Below are positions 43,347-53,141 of a DNA stretch of 64,000 nucleotides, in pieces. Every line of letters begins with the position of its first letter. Position 1 is the stretch's first letter. This stretch comes from Methanothermococcus sp. Ax23. Lineage in GTDB: Archaea > AGJL01 > Methanococci > Methanococcales > Methanococcaceae. The notes below the pieces were generated by a model. It was not told the DNA's origin and did no database searches. It was given only the letters and a program-made list of their open reading frames with translations. Where the stretch lies: positions 1,312,001 through 1,376,000 of the forward strand of contig NZ_CP157522.1 of the NCBI RefSeq assembly GCF_049075655.1, written 5' to 3'. The position numbers and the translations under genes are program-made.

Positions 43347-44546
43347 TTACTTTTTTAATAATTCATTGAAAATTTTCTTATATTTTTCAACCGAGCTCCG
43401 CCAATCAAAATTATCCTTTATAAATTTTTTTGCATTTTTTCCGTAAATTTCTATTAAATCATTATTTTTAATTAATTTAATAATTCCCTTTTTGATTTGT
43501 TCGGGACTATTATCTTTTAACAAAATCCCTGTGTTTCCATCAATAATGACTTCATCTCCACCTTCATAAGGACTTGCAACAATCGCCTTTCCACAACACA
43601 TTGCTTGAAGTAGTGAGCTCGACAAACCGCCACCTCTATAAGATGAATGAATGTATATGTCGCATGCCTTAACAATCCCTATCGCATCTTTAAAATCCTT
43701 TTTTCCGGTAAAATAAATACCATTATCTAAATAATCTCCCGATAGCTTTTTAAGTCTCTCTATATCTTCACCATAACCTACAATAATTAAGACAGTTTTT
43801 TCTTTTATATCCTTTGGAAGCATTTTATATGCCTTAATAATATTCTCAACACCTTTCCATTTATACAAACGACCAACAAAACATAATCTTAATTTGTTTT
43901 TAAACCTTTCTTTTATGTCATTATTTTCTTTTATACCCTCAATATACTTGATTTCCAATCCTCTATATATGATGGGAATATGTTTATCTTTGTCTTTATT
44001 TTTATTTTTAACAAAATTCTCTACAATAAAGTCCTTAACTGCCTTTGAAATTGCTATTACACAGTCGGATTTTTTGAATATTATTTTTCCAATTATTTTA
44101 TCATAAAAATAGGCCAGTTTATTTGTAAATTCATTTTCTACTTTAATAAATGCACTTCCATGCTCAACATGGATTAATTTATTTCTTCTATTCATTCTAA
44201 ATTTTGCAAAGAAAAATCCCAAAAATGTATTTGAAAAAAATCTTGTTCTTGTCATCACAATATCAAAATCTATTTTATACAAATTAAAAAACATCTTCCA
44301 AAATTTGACATTAAAAATATTTGGGACAGGATAATTCGATATAATTTCAAATGCAGGATATCTATAAATCTTAACATTATTGTGCCTTATTTCAAAATCC
44401 TTATACTTTGGAATATTTGGTGCAAATATATAAATATCATAATCTTTGTCACTAGATAAATATTTTGCGAATTCATCCACATGAGTTTCCAATCCCCCTA
44501 TGTGTGGGACATAATAGCCCGGAAAGATAATTAACCTAATCCTCAT
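43347..44546 (-). CDS. Glycosyltransferase family 4
   Basis: PHIGGLETHV, FVGRLYKWKG, LLQAMCCGK. Confidence 0.9.
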   Translation of the reverse strand: MRIRLIIFPGYYVPHIGGLETHVDEFAKYLSSDKDYDIYIFAPNIPKYKDFEIRHNNVKIYRYPAFEIISNYPVPNIFNVKFWKMFFNLYKIDFDIVMTRTRFFSNTFLGFFFAKFRMNRRNKLIHVEHGSAFIKVENEFTNKLAYFYDKIIGKIIFKKSDCVIAISKAVKDFIVENFVKNKNKDKDKHIPIIYRGLEIKYIEGIKENNDIKERFKNKLRLCFVGRLYKWKGVENIIKAYKMLPKDIKEKTVLIIVGYGEDIERLKKLSGDYLDNGIYFTGKKDFKDAIGIVKACDIYIHSSYRGGGLSSSLLQAMCCGKAIVASPYEGGDEVIIDGNTGILLKDNSPEQIKKGIIKLIKNNDLIEIYGKNAKKFIKDNFDWRSSVEKYKKIFNELLKK

Positions 44547-44553
44547 AATTTAC

Positions 44554-45063
44554 CTATTTATTATTTTTTATAATCTCAACACACTCAAACAAGCTTTTGG
44601 TAACAAAATCTGCCTCAGTATCTTCATTATTATGCAATATTCTTATGGTCTTACACCCTGAGCTCCTTCCACAAATAATGTCACTCTCACTATCTCCAAT
44701 CATCCAGCTTTTATTAAAATCAATGTTCCATTTTTCCTTAGCTTTTAAAAGCATGCCGTTTTTTGGTTTTCTACAATCGCATGTTCCATCCAAATGGGGA
44801 CAATAATAAATATCGTCTATTTCTGGCAATTGTTTCAGCATATACTCATGAACAACTTTTAAATCATCCTCAGTCATTACTCCTTTGGCGATTCCCTGCT
44901 GATTGGTAATTACTATCAATAAATAACCCATCTTTTTAAATTCAATTAATGCATCCTTTACTTTTGGTAGTATTTCAAATTCCTCAATATTTTTAACATA
45001 ATCTCCAATTAGCCGTTTATTAATTACTCCATCCCTATCAAGGAATATTGCTTTATTGTTCAT
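44554..45063 (-). CDS. gmhB: D-glycero-D-manno-heptose 1,7-bisphosphate phosphatase
   Basis: FLDRDGVIN, TNQ.G, CPH...CDCRKP, MIGD. Confidence 0.9.
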   Translation of the reverse strand: MNNKAIFLDRDGVINKRLIGDYVKNIEEFEILPKVKDALIEFKKMGYLLIVITNQQGIAKGVMTEDDLKVVHEYMLKQLPEIDDIYYCPHLDGTCDCRKPKNGMLLKAKEKWNIDFNKSWMIGDSESDIICGRSSGCKTIRILHNNEDTEADFVTKSLFECVEIIKNNK

Positions 45064-45171
45064 AATTCCCCATTTTATTTCATTTAATATTAATCCGATG
45101 TTTTTAATGAACACTGTTTTAAATCCTTATTTAATATACAGGAGCTCATGCATCATATACACTATTTTCAT

Positions 45172-46083
45172 CTAATCTTTATCAAACAACTCATCCAAAC
45201 TAACTGTTGCAGTTCCCACTTTTCCAACGACGATTGAGCTCGCCTTATTTGCCAGTTTAACTGCATCGACTAAATCATATTTTTTACTTAAAGCATAACC
45301 AAGTGTAGCAATATATGTATCCCCTGCACCAGAAACATCGTGGATTTCCCTTACTTCTGTTGGAATGTGGTGTATCTCGTTGTCAAGTGTAATTAGTGTT
45401 GAACCTTTTTCACTCCTCGTAATTACTACATTTGCATTATATTTATCTACAATCTCCAATCCCGCTTTTTCAACGTCGTTGTCGTTGTTTTTTATGCCCC
45501 TTCCAACAATTCCTGATGCTTCTTTTAAATTTGGTTTTATTAAAAATACATTTTCATATAAGTGTATATTATCTGGTTTTGGGTCTATTAATATTCTGCC
45601 TTTAAATTGTTTTTTTATATCTTCCATTAAATCTTCTGTAATTACTCCTTTTGCATAATCTGAAATTATCAATATATTTGGGTCGAGCTCTACTATTTTA
45701 TCAACAAACATCTTTGAATAATTGCAATCTAATGGATGTTTTTCCTCATAATCCACTCTTAAAAGTTGTTGATTATATCCTAATGCGACAAATCTATGCT
45801 TTACAATTGTGGGTCGTCCATCAGTTATGAAATGGTATTTTATATTCTTTTTTTTGCATAATTCAACCATCTGCATTCCAAAATTGCCGTTTTCATTACA
45901 TACTCCCAATAAAACAACCTCCTCATCCAAAGATGCGATATTATTTGCAACATTTCCTGCTCCTCCAAGTGCGTATTTCTCTTCAACTACATTCAATACA
46001 GGAACTGGAGCTTCTGGATTTATCCTTTCAACCTTTCCGTAGGTGTATTTATCAAGCATTACATCCCCTAAAACACATATCAT
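45172..46083 (-). CDS. Heptose-7-phosphate kinase (RfaE domain I/HldA)
   Basis: GDVMLD, RINPEAPVP, SDYAKG, DPK, DVSGAGDT. Confidence 0.92.
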   Translation of the reverse strand: MICVLGDVMLDKYTYGKVERINPEAPVPVLNVVEEKYALGGAGNVANNIASLDEEVVLLGVCNENGNFGMQMVELCKKKNIKYHFITDGRPTIVKHRFVALGYNQQLLRVDYEEKHPLDCNYSKMFVDKIVELDPNILIISDYAKGVITEDLMEDIKKQFKGRILIDPKPDNIHLYENVFLIKPNLKEASGIVGRGIKNNDNDVEKAGLEIVDKYNANVVITRSEKGSTLITLDNEIHHIPTEVREIHDVSGAGDTYIATLGYALSKKYDLVDAVKLANKASSIVVGKVGTATVSLDELFDKD

Positions 46084-46096
46084 TTTTTCCCTCTAT

Positions 46097-46573
46097 TTAT
46101 TTTTTATATTTTTCCAAAACCCACTCAATCACATTTGTTGTAGAAAATCCCTCAACCAATGGAATTATTTTTACTTTTCCACCACATTCTTTAATTATTT
46201 TTGATTCTGGCAAATCTTCTTCGTTGTAGTCCCCCCCTTTCACATGAACATCAGGTTTTATGATTTTTATTAGATTTATTGGAGTTTCTTCATCAAATGG
46301 AACTACAAAATCGATTGATTTTAAATTATCCAGAATATATATTCTTGATTCCAATGGGATAATCGGTCTTTTATCCCCTTTTATTTTTTTTATGGATTCA
46401 TCGGAGTTAATACCAACTATTAAAATATCTCCAAATTTTTTTGCATGATTCAAATATTCAACATGCCCTTTATGGATTATATCAAAACATCCATTTGTAA
46501 AAACAATTTTTAGATTTTGGGCTTTTAATTCATTCACTATATTTTTTAATAGATTTCTATCAGTAATTATCAT
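46097..46573 (-). CDS. Heptose-1-phosphate nucleotidyltransferase (RfaE domain II/HldC)
   Basis: FTNGCFDIIHKGH, KGGDY, GFSTT. Confidence 0.92.
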   Translation of the reverse strand: MIITDRNLLKNIVNELKAQNLKIVFTNGCFDIIHKGHVEYLNHAKKFGDILIVGINSDESIKKIKGDKRPIIPLESRIYILDNLKSIDFVVPFDEETPINLIKIIKPDVHVKGGDYNEEDLPESKIIKECGGKVKIIPLVEGFSTTNVIEWVLEKYKK

Positions 46574-46577
46574 GGTT

Positions 46578-47135
46578 TCACATAAATTCCTTTTCAACTT
46601 CTTCACATATTACATGATATATTGTCAAATGACACTCCTGTATTCTTGCAGTATTGCTTGAATCAACAGTTAAGGATAAATCAACAATGTTCTTTAACTT
46701 CCCCCCATCCTTTCCAAGTAACCCAACAGTATAAATTCCCATTTCCTTTGCCTTATTAACTGCATTTATTACATTCTCAGAGTTCCCGCTTGTAGATATT
46801 CCAACCAAAACATCCCCTTCTTTACCTAATGCTTCAACCTGCCTTTCAAATATTTTGTTAAATCCATAATCGTTCCCTATTGCTGTTAAAATCGATGTAT
46901 CTGTTGTAAGGGCTATTGCTGGAAATCCCTTTCTTTCCAATTTAAACCTTCCAACAATTTCTGCGGCAAAGTGCTGAGCATCTGCGGCACTTCCACCGTT
47001 TCCACATATTAATAGTTTATTTCCATTTTTTAAGGAATTTTTTATTATTTCAATACATTTTTTTAAATTTTCTTCATTTTTGATTATAAAATCCATTTTT
47101 ACATCTGCTGACTCTTTGAAGTAATTTTTTACCAT
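46578..47135 (-). CDS. gmhA: Sedoheptulose-7-phosphate isomerase
   Basis: [29 protein letters not shown]. Confidence 0.95.
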   Translation of the reverse strand: MVKNYFKESADVKMDFIIKNEENLKKCIEIIKNSLKNGNKLLICGNGGSAADAQHFAAEIVGRFKLERKGFPAIALTTDTSILTAIGNDYGFNKIFERQVEALGKEGDVLVGISTSGNSENVINAVNKAKEMGIYTVGLLGKDGGKLKNIVDLSLTVDSSNTARIQECHLTIYHVICEEVEKEFM

Positions 47136-47197
47136 AATGCACCCCATATTTTTTATAGTATTTTTCAATATAAAATTAGTAGCAAAGTTATATATAA

Positions 47198-48142
47198 TTA
47201 TTTACCATTAACAAACTTTTCAAACATCCTATCATCCCAAGTTCCAAAATAAGTGTGTTTTCCAGTTAGGTTTAAATGGTTTAATGTTAAGTTGTCCTTA
47301 AAATATAAAAGTTTCGGAGCTCTTGCAAAAACATTTATATCCTTTCCTTCCACCAATATAAAAAATGGTTGCATGTAGTTTATTTTTGGATGAGAATACG
47401 CCGTATTTACAATAGCAGGATAATGCTGTCCATCAATGGAACCAAATATCCAGCCCTTTATTTTATCAAGAAGTGATTGTTTTATATATAGATATTGGCA
47501 GGAATGGGTTTTATTATCGTGGGTAATGGTTGCATATCTAATTTCCCTATTATCCAATTCTTTGTTAAACAATCTTATGGATTTTGCCAATTTCATTTTA
47601 TATTCTTTAACAAGCTTTTCATCAGGGAGTTTTTGATATATTACACATTTTTCAACTTCATTATATTTTTTCAATTTGCAAAGTGCATTTAATTTTGAAA
47701 TATATTCCTTTAACTCTATGTTGTATTTTTTTAAATAGTAGCATTTTCCAAATATCAATTTTGGGGCATATTTTATATATTTAGCAGATATCTTTTTGGA
47801 AATTTCATTCAATAACAACATTCCCAGTTTCTTCTTTTTATCGGTGTTTAATGTAATCAATTTATCATTTGGATTAAATCCGTTATTTTTTAAGAATAAA
47901 ATAGATTGAGATTCACTTTTAAACAGTGGAACTTCATTAAAATATAATAATGACCTAAATAATGGATAATTTTTCCCATATAGCAATAAATCATCTTTTT
48001 CAACAATGCCCAAATCTTCAAAATAATTCCTATATTTTGATATATCGTTGTTTTTGTAGAGCTCCCCTAATATTTTAGAAAAATAAATTGCATCATCATT
48101 ATTATTTGAAGATATAATATTATATAATACATCAGATAACAT
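47198..48142 (-). CDS. Hypothetical protein
   Basis: 314 aa ORF with host-like codon use; no motif recognised. Confidence 0.7.
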   Translation of the reverse strand: MLSDVLYNIISSNNNDDAIYFSKILGELYKNNDISKYRNYFEDLGIVEKDDLLLYGKNYPLFRSLLYFNEVPLFKSESQSILFLKNNGFNPNDKLITLNTDKKKKLGMLLLNEISKKISAKYIKYAPKLIFGKCYYLKKYNIELKEYISKLNALCKLKKYNEVEKCVIYQKLPDEKLVKEYKMKLAKSIRLFNKELDNREIRYATITHDNKTHSCQYLYIKQSLLDKIKGWIFGSIDGQHYPAIVNTAYSHPKINYMQPFFILVEGKDINVFARAPKLLYFKDNLTLNHLNLTGKHTYFGTWDDRMFEKFVNGK

Positions 48143-48197
48143 ACTATAAACTAACGATTATCATTATTTATAATTTTTCATGATTTAATGTAATTTT

Positions 48198-48236
48198 GGT
48201 GATTGAACAAATTCCTTCGGAATTTGTAGCTCACCT
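48198..48236. repeat. Hairpin module in the glmM leader
   Basis: ACAAATTCC-TTC-GGAATTTGT (48207-48227) flanked by GGTGA/TCACC. Confidence 0.65.
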
Positions 48237-48257
48237 TCATTTTATTCAGGTGATATT

Positions 48258-49604
48258 ATGAAACTATTTGGAACATCAGGTATAAGGATGAAAAACTTAA
48301 ATCCAGAGATTGCTTATAAAATAGGATTTGCAGTATCTCAGATAGCAGAAAATGTTGTAATAGGACGGGACACAAGAACAACAGGGGGATTAATTAAAAA
48401 TGCACTGATTACTGGGCTTTTAAATGGTGGAGCCGATATAACAAACATAGGCATTGTTCCAACACCAACCCTTGGTTTTTCGGCGAGAAATTATGATATT
48501 GGTATTATGATAACGGCATCCCACAATCCACCAGAATACAACGGCATAAAGCTTTTTAATAAGGATGGAACTGCATTCAGACCAGAGCAGGAAAAGCAGA
48601 TTGAAGAAATTGTATTTAACAAAGATTTCAAAAGAGCTGATTGGAACTGCGTTGGAAGTGTTTGGAAGGATGAAACTGCAATAAAAAAGTATATGGACTT
48701 TATTCTTGAAAATGTGGATATAAACAAAAATTTCAATGTTGTAGTTGATTGTGCAAACTCTGCTGGTTGTGTGGCTTCACCTTATTTATTTACCGATGTA
48801 GGAGCTCATGTAATATCGGTAAATTCTCATATCGATGGAAGATTTATTGGAAGGATGCCTGAACCTAATGAGAAGAATTTATATGAAACCATGAAAATGA
48901 TTAAAGGACTAAATGAAAATGAAGAAAAAAGCGGTAGATACATAGGAATTGCCCATGATGGGGATGCCGATAGGATGATAGCAATAGATGAGAAGGGAAG
49001 ATTAACTGATTTTGATAAATTGCTTGCCGTATTTTCAAGATATATTGTGGAAAAAACCAATAAAAAAACAATAATTACCACCGTGGATGCCTCAATGTCC
49101 ATTGATGAATATTTAAAAGATTTGGATGTGAAGGTAATTAGAACAAAAGTAGGGGATGTTGCAGTTTCAGACGCATTGAATAAATATGATGCTATTTTTG
49201 GTGGAGAGCCGTCAGGAACATGGATTCATAAAGATATACATTTAACTCCCGATGGAATTTTATCTGGGCTGAGAATTTTGGAGATGATGGAATTTTATGA
49301 TAAAGAATTATATGAGCTCATAGATGATGTTCCATCATATATAAATTTAAGAGAAAAAATTCCATGTCTTGATGATAAAAAAATGGATGTAATGAATTAT
49401 GTAATTGAAAATGGGGAAAAAATATATGGTGTAATTCCTGAGACAATTGACGGAGCTCGGTTTAGTTTAGATGATGGATGGGTGCTTATACGACCTTCTG
49501 GAACTGAGCCATACATTAGGGTGAGGGTTGAAGCAAAAGATTATACTGTGGCAAAGGAACTCCTGGAAAAAGGAATCAAATTGATTAAAATGGTGGATGA
49601 ATAA
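48258..49604 (+). CDS. glmM: Phosphoglucosamine mutase
   Basis: LFGTSGIR, ITASHNP, DGDADR, GEPSG, RPSGTEP. Confidence 0.88.
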   Translation: MKLFGTSGIRMKNLNPEIAYKIGFAVSQIAENVVIGRDTRTTGGLIKNALITGLLNGGADITNIGIVPTPTLGFSARNYDIGIMITASHNPPEYNGIKLFNKDGTAFRPEQEKQIEEIVFNKDFKRADWNCVGSVWKDETAIKKYMDFILENVDINKNFNVVVDCANSAGCVASPYLFTDVGAHVISVNSHIDGRFIGRMPEPNEKNLYETMKMIKGLNENEEKSGRYIGIAHDGDADRMIAIDEKGRLTDFDKLLAVFSRYIVEKTNKKTIITTVDASMSIDEYLKDLDVKVIRTKVGDVAVSDALNKYDAIFGGEPSGTWIHKDIHLTPDGILSGLRILEMMEFYDKELYELIDDVPSYINLREKIPCLDDKKMDVMNYVIENGEKIYGVIPETIDGARFSLDDGWVLIRPSGTEPYIRVRVEAKDYTVAKELLEKGIKLIKMVDE

Positions 49605-49647
49605 AATAGCAAAAAATCAAAATACGCATTTGATTTAAATCTTCATT

Positions 49648-50190
49648 TTACAGTTTTTTATCGCTCCATTCAATTATCCGTTCTACAAGCAACGACATTA
49701 TGACCACAAAAATTATTGTTAAAATAAGTCTTGTTGCCATAAACTTCAACCCAAGAAATTGGAGCTCTACCATCTCCTGAGGAATTTTTATACATGCCCA
49801 TGCAGAAAGAAATGCAATGATGCAGGATATTCGGGCACCTTTTTTAAGTAGAGCAGAAGCTATGGGGAAAGCCACATAAAGAGGACCAGTGGGCAATGTT
49901 CCCATAGCCATACCGAGAAAAACAGCTTTTATTCCAGCCGTATTACTTAGGTGCTTTACAACCACTTCTTCCGGCACAAACACTCTAAAAAGCCCCATCA
50001 ATACCATCACAGCAGGAAGTATTAAAATCATTTCAATAAAAAACTCCCATATTGCAGCAGTTACTGGTCCCTGTTTTTCAGGAAAAATCAATAGTAAAAC
50101 CATGGTAGCAATTGAAATAAAAGCAAGAAAAATAACCTCTCGCTTTTTATTATTCTTTTGTTTTTTTGCCCCATCATCCTGTTTATTCAC
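49648..50190 (-). CDS. Permease, DUF318/ArsP-like half protein
   Basis: Hydrophobic; GPLYVAFP, LKKGA, AWA.IKIP. Confidence 0.75.
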   Translation of the reverse strand: MNKQDDGAKKQKNNKKREVIFLAFISIATMVLLLIFPEKQGPVTAAIWEFFIEMILILPAVMVLMGLFRVFVPEEVVVKHLSNTAGIKAVFLGMAMGTLPTGPLYVAFPIASALLKKGARISCIIAFLSAWACIKIPQEMVELQFLGLKFMATRLILTIIFVVIMSLLVERIIEWSDKKL

Positions 50191-50669
50191 AGTATCAGCC
50201 CCATAATAATACCAATAATAATCGCAATAATAAAACTTATACCGTTTCTCAATAAAGCCATTTTCTTTCCCAATTCTTTTATTTCCAAAGGTAATGTAAC
50301 TATGCCAATCATAGTTAAGGTAGTAATGAATACTGCAACTGAGGTGATTGATGCTCCGTTTTCAAGAAGTGCTGCTGCCAAGGGGAACGAAATTAAGGAA
50401 GGAATATGTAAAACCGACCCCAAAAACGCCACAACAAACACCCCCAAAAAGCCCGTCTGTTCGCCAATTATTTCAGAAATTTGGCTCTGTGGCACAAATC
50501 CTAAAAGCAAACCTATAAAAATTACAATAATAAGAACGGTCGGTAGAATGCCAAAAAATGACTTTAAAGCCATAGCCAATGCCTGTTTTGTTTTTGTTAT
50601 ATCCTTAATCAGGGCAAATATCAAGCAGGCAATGGCAAATATATTTATAAATATAATTGTCATGTTCAT
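50187..50669 (-). CDS. Permease, DUF318/ArsP-like half protein
   Basis: Hydrophobic; ISFPLAA.LL..GA, TLPLE...LG..MA..RN; 4 bp overlap with its partner. Confidence 0.75.
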   Translation of the reverse strand: MNMTIIFINIFAIACLIFALIKDITKTKQALAMALKSFFGILPTVLIIVIFIGLLLGFVPQSQISEIIGEQTGFLGVFVVAFLGSVLHIPSLISFPLAAALLENGASITSVAVFITTLTMIGIVTLPLEIKELGKKMALLRNGISFIIAIIIGIIMGLIL

Positions 50670-50690
50670 AATAATCCACTCATATTCAAT

Positions 50691-51698
50691 TTATTTTTTA
50701 GAAATTTCCCTTAATTTGCTGGTTAATTCATCCTTAGGTCTATGTATAACTTCCATGTGTGGATAGGCTATTTCAACATCTTCTTCTTTTTCAAATTTTG
50801 TAAGTATATTTTCTATAATTTTAGTCTTTACATCTGCCCATTCAAATGCATCAACTAAATATCTTACCTTTATCTCAATACCCCTATCTAAAAACTTCAT
50901 CCTAATAAGGGGCTTATCACAAAGTTTTGCCCTTGCAAATAGTCTGGGTTTATCCTTCCAAACTTCCGCGAGCTCCCTCATCATACAACCAACAACCTCA
51001 TCACAAGCTTCAAAAACAAGTTTCTCAGCTTTTCTCCAATTACTTTCATAAGTTATTGCTACTGTCACATTATCCCAAATATATGAAGAACCTTTTGTAT
51101 AATTTGTTATGGCATTTGTTAAAACATAGGCATTTGGGATAATTAAATTTCGTCCTGTTGGTTCTCCAACAACTTCTCTTAAATGGATATGCATGGTGTC
51201 TATTTTATATACATCCCCCATTCCTATATCTTTTATATATATTCTATCGTTAATTTTAAATGGTCTTGTCAAAACGAGATTTACCCATCCTGCGAAGTTC
51301 ATAATGGGTCGCTGTAATGCAAATGTCAATGCCGCACCCATAAGACCAAGGGACATTACAAGAGAGCCGACACCTTCATATAATAATGAAATGGCAATTA
51401 AACCTGCAATAAACCAAGTTGTATATTTAAATACCGATGCAAATACGGGGTAATCTCTTAACTCCCCTTTTTTTTCAAAAAATCTCCTGATTAATTCCAA
51501 AGATATGTCTAAAAATATCAATGTCCCAAGGATTAACACAATTAATATACTAATTTTACTACTATATGACTCTAAGGTGGATATATATTGATATATGTTT
51601 AATTTTGTTCCCAAATAATACAATATACCAAGTAAAATTATTATTTTAGCCAAAAACTTGGTATTGAGTATTAAATTTTTGTTAATCATTTTTCCCAC
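50691..51698 (-). CDS. mscS: Small-conductance mechanosensitive channel family protein
   Basis: TM helices, ALQ..I.NF, RPFKINDRI, IPN, ITNYT. Confidence 0.88.
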   Translation of the reverse strand: MGKMINKNLILNTKFLAKIIILLGILYYLGTKLNIYQYISTLESYSSKISILIVLILGTLIFLDISLELIRRFFEKKGELRDYPVFASVFKYTTWFIAGLIAISLLYEGVGSLVMSLGLMGAALTFALQRPIMNFAGWVNLVLTRPFKINDRIYIKDIGMGDVYKIDTMHIHLREVVGEPTGRNLIIPNAYVLTNAITNYTKGSSYIWDNVTVAITYESNWRKAEKLVFEACDEVVGCMMRELAEVWKDKPRLFARAKLCDKPLIRMKFLDRGIEIKVRYLVDAFEWADVKTKIIENILTKFEKEEDVEIAYPHMEVIHRPKDELTSKLREISKK

Positions 51699-51813
51699 GG
51701 CATCTATTAGTTATAATCATTAAAATTAGAATTATGAATATATAGTATGAGCTCCGATATTTAGCATATGCTTCGATATTACTAAATTGTATGAGCTCCC
51801 ACATTATATAATA

Positions 51814-52581
51814 TTATATATTTTCACATAAATATTTTAAAGCATCCTCTTCCATGAAGTGCAATTTTCCGGGAACAATAATACAATGCAAAGGTTTCCC
51901 AAAATCATAATTAATCAAATCTTTTACTTTTCCATATACAATTTTTGGTTTTAGACTTCCAGCCCTTGCCACTACAACAATCTTTGTATCTTCATTTAAT
52001 ATATTCTCTTTTCTCTTTTCTTCAATTTTTAATAGTGTTTCAAGACCTTCATTTGCCGTCATGAACCTGTTTTTATCTGCATGAATATCCAAAAGGCATA
52101 ATGTATGATATCCCATTTTTAAATTCTCCTTTATTACATCATATGGAGTTTCGGGGAAGTAGTTTGGCTCTGGAAATACTATTGAAGTGGTTTTCCCAAA
52201 TTTATACAATTGCAAACCTGTAATGCCAATTGCCGAATATATTGACGGTGCATTTATGATAATTACTTCAATCCCCTTTTTTCTTGCTTCAACGGCAATA
52301 TCTACGTGGGTTGTTGCTACCATGGGGTCTCCTGCGGTAAGGAACATTATATCTTTATCATTACTTTCATTTATTAGCTTTTCCGTCTCGTATTCTACCT
52401 TCTCCCTATCCAAAACTACTATCTCTTTTCCAAAGGTCTCTTCTATTTTTTCTATTGTAGTTCCTGTTAAAACCGCTGTATAAAACTCAGCATAGATTTT
52501 ATCCACTTTTTTAGCATATTCTAGTGTTTTTAGCGTCATATCTTTTTCATCGTATAATCCTAATCCTGCAAGTATCAGCAT
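51814..52581 (-). CDS. dph5: Diphthine synthase
   Basis: GLGL, EFYT, GDPMVATTH, GLQLYKFG, HTLCLLDI. Confidence 0.95.
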   Translation of the reverse strand: MLILAGLGLYDEKDMTLKTLEYAKKVDKIYAEFYTAVLTGTTIEKIEETFGKEIVVLDREKVEYETEKLINESNDKDIMFLTAGDPMVATTHVDIAVEARKKGIEVIIINAPSIYSAIGITGLQLYKFGKTTSIVFPEPNYFPETPYDVIKENLKMGYHTLCLLDIHADKNRFMTANEGLETLLKIEEKRKENILNEDTKIVVVARAGSLKPKIVYGKVKDLINYDFGKPLHCIIVPGKLHFMEEDALKYLCENI

Positions 52582-52742
52582 GAGCTCACCATTGATTTTA
52601 CTAAGAATAGTCCGAAATAATCATAAAAAATTTTGTTTATCGATATCTTGTTATATTAGTGTTAATATATATTTTATTTTTTTTATTCGATATATCTACA
52701 TATTTAAATTAAATTTTATAAGCAAAATAAACTAATATTTAC

Positions 52743-53112
52743 GATAAACCGCCGAGAAAGCCAACGATTTTAATCGTTATACAAAACATAGTTTTGTAAA
52801 ATCTCTTACGAGATTGGATGAGAGGCGGACATTATAATTAGTCAGTAGTAAAACATAAATATTTGAAGTTTCATAGTGAATAATGCTACCAGTCCAAGTA
52901 TCTATGGGTAGGGTTAGTAAAAACTCTACCGCTGGTAGTGGTTGGAAGTGCATAGCGTAGCCCTGAATCTCCTAAACGGAGATAGGGGTAGTGGGCTTGG
53001 CCACCCTTGTAGGGTTAAACCCTGCTAAAATTAGACGAAATCTTCATGATTTCGTTGCTCGCTTACTACCGTAAGCGAGAACCCAACGAGTTCACTCGTT
53101 GGAGTAGGTCAG
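52743..53112 (+). mobile_element. Non-autonomous IS200/IS605-family element (PATE-like), copy A, 370 bp
   Basis: Follows TTAC; left end AAAG plus hairpin; right end GAAC plus CCAACGAG-TTCA-CTCGTTGG, ending TCAG; near-identical inverted copy at 63406-63777; no ORF of note. Confidence 0.85.
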
Positions 53113-53141
53113 ACTAACTAAAAAAGAAAAGAATTTATATG

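Noticed and set aside
31808-47135. Bacterial contamination or LPS locus
   Set aside because: Archaeal GGTGA RBSs, continuity with archaeal genes and host GAGCTC sites in the heptose kinase gene; no lipid A or Kdo genes
52883-52960. Short ORF MLPVQVSMGRVSKNSTAGSGWKCIA inside the element
   Set aside because: Too short, no RBS, no recognisable TnpB RuvC or zinc-finger motif
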